From Spirochaetota bacterium (lineage in GTDB: Bacteria; Spirochaetota; UBA4802; UB4802): a stretch of DNA of 64,000 bases. Positions 58,981-64,000 of the stretch are shown here, one piece after another. The position numbers and the translations under genes are program-made. Position 1 is the stretch's first letter. Every line of letters starts with the position of its first letter. The stretch is from the NCBI GenBank assembly GCA_040756435.1, contig JBFLZD010000011.1, positions 7,971-71,970 of the forward strand, given 5' to 3'. The notes below the pieces were generated by a model. The model searched no databases. It saw only the letters and a program-made list of their open reading frames with translations, and was not told the DNA's origin.

Positions 58981-61635
58981 ATGAGTTTTAAAAGTACATT
59001 TAATGAACAAATCATTTCCATGCTGCACATTTTTGTAAACGAACAAAAGAAACGTTTCCCTTCTAATGAAGTGTTAACGATTGACCTGCACTGCCATGAT
59101 CACAACAGCAATATTCCCGACGAACAGTTAGGAAGAATATTAGGAATTCCTGAAACGTGGCTGCCAACTGATAATTTGCTTACAACTCTTAAGAACCACG
59201 GTTGCGATACATTTACAATAACAAATCACAATAATGCCCACTCATGTTATGAGCTTTTAGATAAGGGACATGATGTGCTTGTTGGTGCTGAGTTTAGTTG
59301 TACCGTACCCGATTATAAGATTGGCATCCATGTTCTTACGTATGGGTTTACACCTGAGCAGGAAATTAAGTTGAATAAATACCGTAATGATATATATAAA
59401 TTTTTAGATTACACACTTGATCATGACCTTCCAACCATATGGGCACATCCATTGTATCACTACAAATCAAAGGGTATTCCACCTATGGAATTCTTTGACA
59501 AGATGGCTCTTCTCTTTGAACGATTTGAAGTCATCAATGGCCAGCGCGATAGCTGGCAGAATATGCTGGTAAAGCAATGGATTGAATCATTAACGCCCGA
59601 TAAATTAGAAGAGCTATCGCACAAATTCAAAATAAAACCCGATAGATTTTGCAAAAGATCCTATGACAAGTATATGTCTGGTGGTTCCGATAGTCACATG
59701 GGAATATTCACTGGCTTAACGGGAACCTATCTGCACATCCCTGATTTAACCGAAAGATTGAAAACTGAAAAGCGTTCGGCACTGGCACTTGAAGCCATAA
59801 AAAAAGGTGCAATGGCTCCTTTTGGTACACACAATGACAGTGAAAAGATGGCAATTTCTTTCATTGATTATTTTTGCCAGATAGGCTTGAATATGAAAGA
59901 TCCTGGTCTTCCCCATATTCTGTTACACAAAGGTGACGTCAAAGACAAACTGACTGCGCTAGCAATAACCAATGCATTCCATGAATTAAAGCGGCATAAA
60001 ACTACTTTAAACTTTTTAGAGCTTTTTCACAATTCATTAATTGGGAAAACATTTTCCAAAACAAAACGATTCTATGTAAGCAAAGATTATAAAAGGGTTT
60101 TTGATATTGCCTACAAACTATCACGATATACAAAAACCAGGAAAAAAGATGATGTGACATTCTATACACAATCAATATATGGAATATATAAAGAGCTTGT
60201 GCAACTGCTTTTGAAGCGTTCTGACAAGCATATAAACGAATTGCTAAACAATGACCAATTTAAATTAAAAGAATTTGAATCATTCTTTAAAAATATTGAA
60301 ATCCCAAGCCATTTTAGAAAATATATTGAAGGTAATGAAAAATCTAATGGTAATGGTTCAGTCAAAGTTAACCTACCAAAACTTTTTGACGAGTTATCAT
60401 TCCCGTTTTTAGGATCAGCTGTGATTGCTGCAGCCTTCTTTACCAGTGCGCGCGTAATGTATAAAGCACGACCTTTGCTTTATGAATTTGCAAAAGAACA
60501 CAATACCCTCAAACATCCGGAACGCACATTATGGCTCACTGATACATTTACCGATTCCAATGGTGTTGCAATGGTATTGCAATCCATGCTTAAGGAAATT
60601 CAAACACGTGATCTACCCATTGATATCATTACTATCAGCAGTACACTTGAATCACAGGATCACTTAATTGTTATCAGGCCACTGAAAGAATTTACCCTTC
60701 CATTTTATGAACAGCAACCATTGCGTATCCCCGATATTCTTGAAATCCACAATATCTTCAAACAAGGGGAATACAGTAGAATTATTGCTTCAACCGAAGG
60801 ACCAATGGGATTAGCTGCACTGTGGTTAAAATATGCATATTCCGTTCCTGCATTTTTCTATGTGCACACTGACTGGATGATGTTTGCAGAACAAACATTA
60901 AAGTTAACCGATGAAAACTTACATAATTTCAGGCGTCTGTTGCGGACCTTTTACAAAGGATTTGATGGATTGTTTGTTCTTAATAACGAACACCGCAAAT
61001 GGCTAACAGGCAAAGACATGGGCTTTAACCCATCACAGGTATTTTTAACTGCACACTGGGTTGAAGAAATTTTCAAACCCCATACGATAAAAAAAGATGA
61101 AATTTTTGGAGTGAATAACACAACGCCTATAATACTTTTTACAGGAAGACTATCAGAAGAAAAAGGTGTTATGGATATTCCAAAAATCATGGAGATAGTT
61201 AAGCAAAAACATCCTGAGGCAAAAGTGGTTTTTGCCGGTATTGGACCAAAAGAACAAGAATTAAAACAGCTTTTGCCTGATGCAATCTTTTTAGGATGGA
61301 TACAGCATGATACTTTACCCAGGATATACTCAGCAGCAGATGTTTTGGTTTTGCCATCACGATTTGATACATTTGGATGTGTTGTGCTTGAAGCATTATC
61401 GTGCGGACTGCCTGTACTAGCTTACAACACAAAAGGGCCCAGGGATATTATTAACAACGGTTTAAATGGATATCTGGTCAAAAATGAGATTGAAATGGGC
61501 CAAAAGATCACAGAACTTTTGGATAATCCTCTGCTTATGAACCTCTTCAAAAATCAAGCATTACTCCGTGCCCATGAATTCAGCCCTGATGCAATTATTA
61601 AGCAATTCATCAATGACCTTAACACAGCAGCATAG
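58981..61635 (+). CDS. Fusion protein: N-terminal PHP-like metal-dependent phosphoesterase domain plus C-terminal GT4 (GT1-fold) glycosyltransferase
   Basis: The N-terminal part carries IDLHCHDHNSN, TITNHNNAHS and GAEFS, which are PHP motifs. The C-terminal part carries LFTGRLSEEKGV and the EX7E motif FGCVVLEALSCGLPVLAYNTKGPRDII, which mark GT4. 884 aa. RBS aagagga. Confidence 0.7.
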   Translation: MSFKSTFNEQIISMLHIFVNEQKKRFPSNEVLTIDLHCHDHNSNIPDEQLGRILGIPETWLPTDNLLTTLKNHGCDTFTITNHNNAHSCYELLDKGHDVLVGAEFSCTVPDYKIGIHVLTYGFTPEQEIKLNKYRNDIYKFLDYTLDHDLPTIWAHPLYHYKSKGIPPMEFFDKMALLFERFEVINGQRDSWQNMLVKQWIESLTPDKLEELSHKFKIKPDRFCKRSYDKYMSGGSDSHMGIFTGLTGTYLHIPDLTERLKTEKRSALALEAIKKGAMAPFGTHNDSEKMAISFIDYFCQIGLNMKDPGLPHILLHKGDVKDKLTALAITNAFHELKRHKTTLNFLELFHNSLIGKTFSKTKRFYVSKDYKRVFDIAYKLSRYTKTRKKDDVTFYTQSIYGIYKELVQLLLKRSDKHINELLNNDQFKLKEFESFFKNIEIPSHFRKYIEGNEKSNGNGSVKVNLPKLFDELSFPFLGSAVIAAAFFTSARVMYKARPLLYEFAKEHNTLKHPERTLWLTDTFTDSNGVAMVLQSMLKEIQTRDLPIDIITISSTLESQDHLIVIRPLKEFTLPFYEQQPLRIPDILEIHNIFKQGEYSRIIASTEGPMGLAALWLKYAYSVPAFFYVHTDWMMFAEQTLKLTDENLHNFRRLLRTFYKGFDGLFVLNNEHRKWLTGKDMGFNPSQVFLTAHWVEEIFKPHTIKKDEIFGVNNTTPIILFTGRLSEEKGVMDIPKIMEIVKQKHPEAKVVFAGIGPKEQELKQLLPDAIFLGWIQHDTLPRIYSAADVLVLPSRFDTFGCVVLEALSCGLPVLAYNTKGPRDIINNGLNGYLVKNEIEMGQKITELLDNPLLMNLFKNQALLRAHEFSPDAIIKQFINDLNTAA

Positions 61636-63235
61636 TCAACATCATATATGGTGGAAGCACGGGGTACTATATCACATCTATCCCCGCAGTTTCTATGATG
61701 CAAATGATGATGGCATAGGTGATTTGCGCGGTATCATTGAAAAATTTGATTATCTTGTTAACCTGGGTATTGATGCTATATGGCTTTCGCCTATTTATGC
61801 TTCACCAATGTATGACTGTGGTTATGATATAAGTGATTATTACAACATTGATCCATGTTTTGGTACATTGGATGATTTTAAAACATTATTGGCGATAGCT
61901 CATAGTAATAACATAAAGATTATAATGGACATGGTGTTAAACCATACATCACACCTGCATCCATGGTTTATTGAATCATCCTCATCACGCGATAATCCCA
62001 AACGCAATTGGTATGTGTGGCAAGACCATGTAAATAGGAAAGCACCAAACAACTGGAAATCAGCATATTTGTCAAGTGCATGGGAATGGCATGAGCCCAC
62101 ACAACAATTTTATTTACATTCATTTCTTAAAGAACAACCCGATCTTAACTGGCATAATCCTGAAGTTAAACAGGCAATGTTTGATGTGTTACGGTACTGG
62201 CTTGATATGGGAGTTGACGGATTTAGATTGGATGTGATTAATTACTGCTATAAAGATAAGCGTCTGCGAAACAACCCTTTCTCGTTTAACCCGTTCAATG
62301 AACAGATAGAAAAATATAATAGAAATAGGCCTGAAAATTATACACTGGTACAAGAAATACGGCAACTGGTTGATTTATACCATGATAGAATGGTCGTTGG
62401 TGAAGTATTTTGCTATCCACCAGGTAATCCGGAATTATCCGCAAGCTATCTTTGTAATGGCAAAGGTTTGAATTTAGCTTTTGATTTTTCACTACTATAT
62501 CAGCCTTTTGAGGCACACAAAATTTACAAGTCTATCAAACACTGGTTCAACGTCATACCTGAAAATTGCTGGCCTTGTAATGTATTATCAAATCATGATC
62601 AACCACGATATGCTGATAAACATAACAGCGACAACATTGACGCAGTTCAACGTTTGCTATTATTAATGCTTCTGACATTACGCGGAACTCCATTCATTTA
62701 CTATGGCGAAGAAATTGGCATGAAAAATTGCTCTATTCCACTTCGCCATATTAAGGATCCTGCAGGGAAAAGGTTCTGGCCTATATACACGGGAAGAGAT
62801 TGTTCGCGTACTCCTATGCAGTGGTCAGATGAAGCTAATGCTGGTTTCAGCAAAAGTTGCAGCTGGCTTCCCATTGACAGTAACTATCGCACAATAAATG
62901 TAAAAAACCAAAGTAAAGACCGGTATTCCCTGCTATCTTTTTTTAAAGATTTAATACAATTGCGAAAAAAACATCCTGCACTTACTCATGGAACCTGGGA
63001 ACCTATTGTAAAAGGGAAAAATGGCATTTTAGCATATATACGCAAAATTGATCCTGAAACTTTATGCATTATACTAAACTTTAATGATAGCACCAGCTTT
63101 TTACATTACCCCTACGAAGCACAATGGAAAGTACTATATTCAACTCATCGAAGCAGATTTGAGCATTTTGCCGACCTACGTTTTCAGTGTTATCCTTATG
63201 AAGCAACTATTTTAAAGAAGATAGGAAACCTGTAA
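61568..63235 (+). CDS. GH13 alpha-amylase-family enzyme (alpha-glucosidase / trehalose-synthase-like)
   Basis: WWKHGVLYHIYPRSF, DLRGIIEKFDYLVNLGIDAIWLSPIY, GFRLDVINY, EVF and NHD are the conserved GH13 regions I-IV. The start is ambiguous (ATG at 61568, 61574 or 61613) and overlaps the end of the preceding gene. Confidence 0.8.
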   Translation: MPMNSALMQLLSNSSMTLTQQHSQHHIWWKHGVLYHIYPRSFYDANDDGIGDLRGIIEKFDYLVNLGIDAIWLSPIYASPMYDCGYDISDYYNIDPCFGTLDDFKTLLAIAHSNNIKIIMDMVLNHTSHLHPWFIESSSSRDNPKRNWYVWQDHVNRKAPNNWKSAYLSSAWEWHEPTQQFYLHSFLKEQPDLNWHNPEVKQAMFDVLRYWLDMGVDGFRLDVINYCYKDKRLRNNPFSFNPFNEQIEKYNRNRPENYTLVQEIRQLVDLYHDRMVVGEVFCYPPGNPELSASYLCNGKGLNLAFDFSLLYQPFEAHKIYKSIKHWFNVIPENCWPCNVLSNHDQPRYADKHNSDNIDAVQRLLLLMLLTLRGTPFIYYGEEIGMKNCSIPLRHIKDPAGKRFWPIYTGRDCSRTPMQWSDEANAGFSKSCSWLPIDSNYRTINVKNQSKDRYSLLSFFKDLIQLRKKHPALTHGTWEPIVKGKNGILAYIRKIDPETLCIILNFNDSTSFLHYPYEAQWKVLYSTHRSRFEHFADLRFQCYPYEATILKKIGNL

Positions 63236-63342
63236 TGATTCACACTTTCTTCACTGTATCTTTATTCAATTTTTAATAAGTTTGAGATTAATACTAAGTA
63301 CAGTAATGAGTAAATAAAGTGTTTTCTTAAATGGAGTTTAGC

Positions 63343-64000
63343 ATGATTAAAAGATTAAAATTATTAAAGAAATTGTTTCTCTATTTTTCTTCTGGCCAAA
63401 TGGCACAATTTTCTATAACACGGATACCATTATGGATTATCATAGTTAGTTTATTGTTGGTAGTTCTGGTGGGGGTAAGTGGTATTTTAAATCTACATTA
63501 TCTAAACATGTCTCATCAGGAAATTGAAAAAATTAACGAAATAATAACTTTAGCACAAACTACACAAATAGATTTTGGAAATCAACTGGCAATAGTGCAT
63601 GCTATATTATTTGAAAACGATAATGAAGAATATAGAAAATATTTCCATAAATTTTCTTATCAATATACTGTTGTGCAAAATGAACTTTTCAATTTAAAAT
63701 TGATGCTCGATGACTATCCTGCAATAAAACAAGATATTGAACAAACAATGCAATATCATAAACAATTTTCTGAATTACTCATTGATGAAATAACGCAATA
63801 TAAAGAAGGAATGCTATCCGCAAGTGATGTGTATTCAATAATAAAGGGGAAGGACAAGTTAGCCATTGATACATTGTCAAAAGTATGCAATGATATCAAT
63901 ACCATTGCCAGCAACAAAATCATCAGAACGAAAAACAGATATTTTACTTTTTCTATTATTTCAATTATAGGTATTTGCATTACATCTATAATTTTAGTAG
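63343..64000 (+). CDS. Membrane sensor protein, N-terminal part (4HB-type sensor, MCP or kinase; 3' end outside the window)
   Basis: ATG at 63343. The frame is open to the window end, giving 219 codons. It has a TM helix, a helical extracytoplasmic region, and a second TM (FTFSIISIIGICITSIILV) at the end. Confidence 0.5.
   Translation, partial: MIKRLKLLKKLFLYFSSGQMAQFSITRIPLWIIIVSLLLVVLVGVSGILNLHYLNMSHQEIEKINEIITLAQTTQIDFGNQLAIVHAILFENDNEEYRKYFHKFSYQYTVVQNELFNLKLMLDDYPAIKQDIEQTMQYHKQFSELLIDEITQYKEGMLSASDVYSIIKGKDKLAIDTLSKVCNDINTIASNKIIRTKNRYFTFSIISIIGICITSIILV

Noticed and set aside
1-64000. Search for tRNA, rRNA, CRISPR arrays, transposases, integrases or phage genes
   Set aside because: I saw no tRNA-like T-arm (GGTTCGA-type) contexts, no regularly spaced direct repeats with unique spacers, and no transposase, integrase or phage-like proteins. 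The repeats present are hairpin mosaics, not CRISPR.

Overview
This window is a low-GC bacterial chromosomal segment with dense coding on both strands. I found no rRNA, tRNA, CRISPR array, transposase, integrase or prophage signature. I could not place the organism: the gene mix (flagellins with the MIINHN N-terminus, a GldG-type ABC cluster, a LapA-like gene) fits an FCB-group/Ignavibacteria-like or spirochaete-like anaerobe. Two functional blocks dominate.

- **Flagellar filament locus (minus strand, about 6.2-13.4 kb):** a radical SAM/SPASM enzyme, two tandem flagellin paralogs, flaG, fliD, and a 329-aa unknown gene where fliS would be expected.
- **Chemotaxis operon (minus strand, about 44.5-53.3 kb):** cheA-cheY-cheW-MCP-(divergent MCP-like)-cheR-cheD-cheB. 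flgM is transcribed divergently from cheA and is followed by an Fe-ADH-fold gene fused into an operon with larB-larC. A standalone CheW-like gene lies at 57.1-57.6 kb.

The remaining genes are housekeeping or metabolic: aminotransferase, ispD, argH, serC, rsmI, RNase R, pepA, prpE, an acetyl-CoA hydrolase/transferase-family CoA-transferase, a GldG-type ABC cluster, arsM, a GPH-family MFS transporter, pabB/pabC-like genes, RluA, and a PHP-GT4 fusion followed by a GH13 enzyme.

The most unusual signals are:
1. A family of six about 130-260 bp nested-hairpin mosaic repeats (modules such as GTCATTGCGAG...CGAAGCAATC). All six sit in intergenic spaces, three of them bracketing prpE and the CoA-transferase. 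One abuts a 77-bp duplicated 3' gene fragment.
2. A short oligonucleotide (core AACTATCGC, extended cAGTAACTATCGCaC) found 19 times as an exact 9-mer on both strands, in coding and non-coding DNA.
3. An Fe-ADH-fold protein that has lost all four catalytic metal ligands and its GGGS motif, translationally coupled to the nickel-pincer cofactor genes larB-larC.
4. A radical SAM/SPASM enzyme with a SEC-C tail directly upstream of the flagellin genes.
5. A divergent MCP-like protein inside the che operon.
6. A Cys-rich AbrB-type regulator upstream of arsM.

The ORF track calls starts at TTG/GTG as M. Where an in-frame ATG with a good Shine-Dalgarno sequence sits slightly downstream, I moved the start there.
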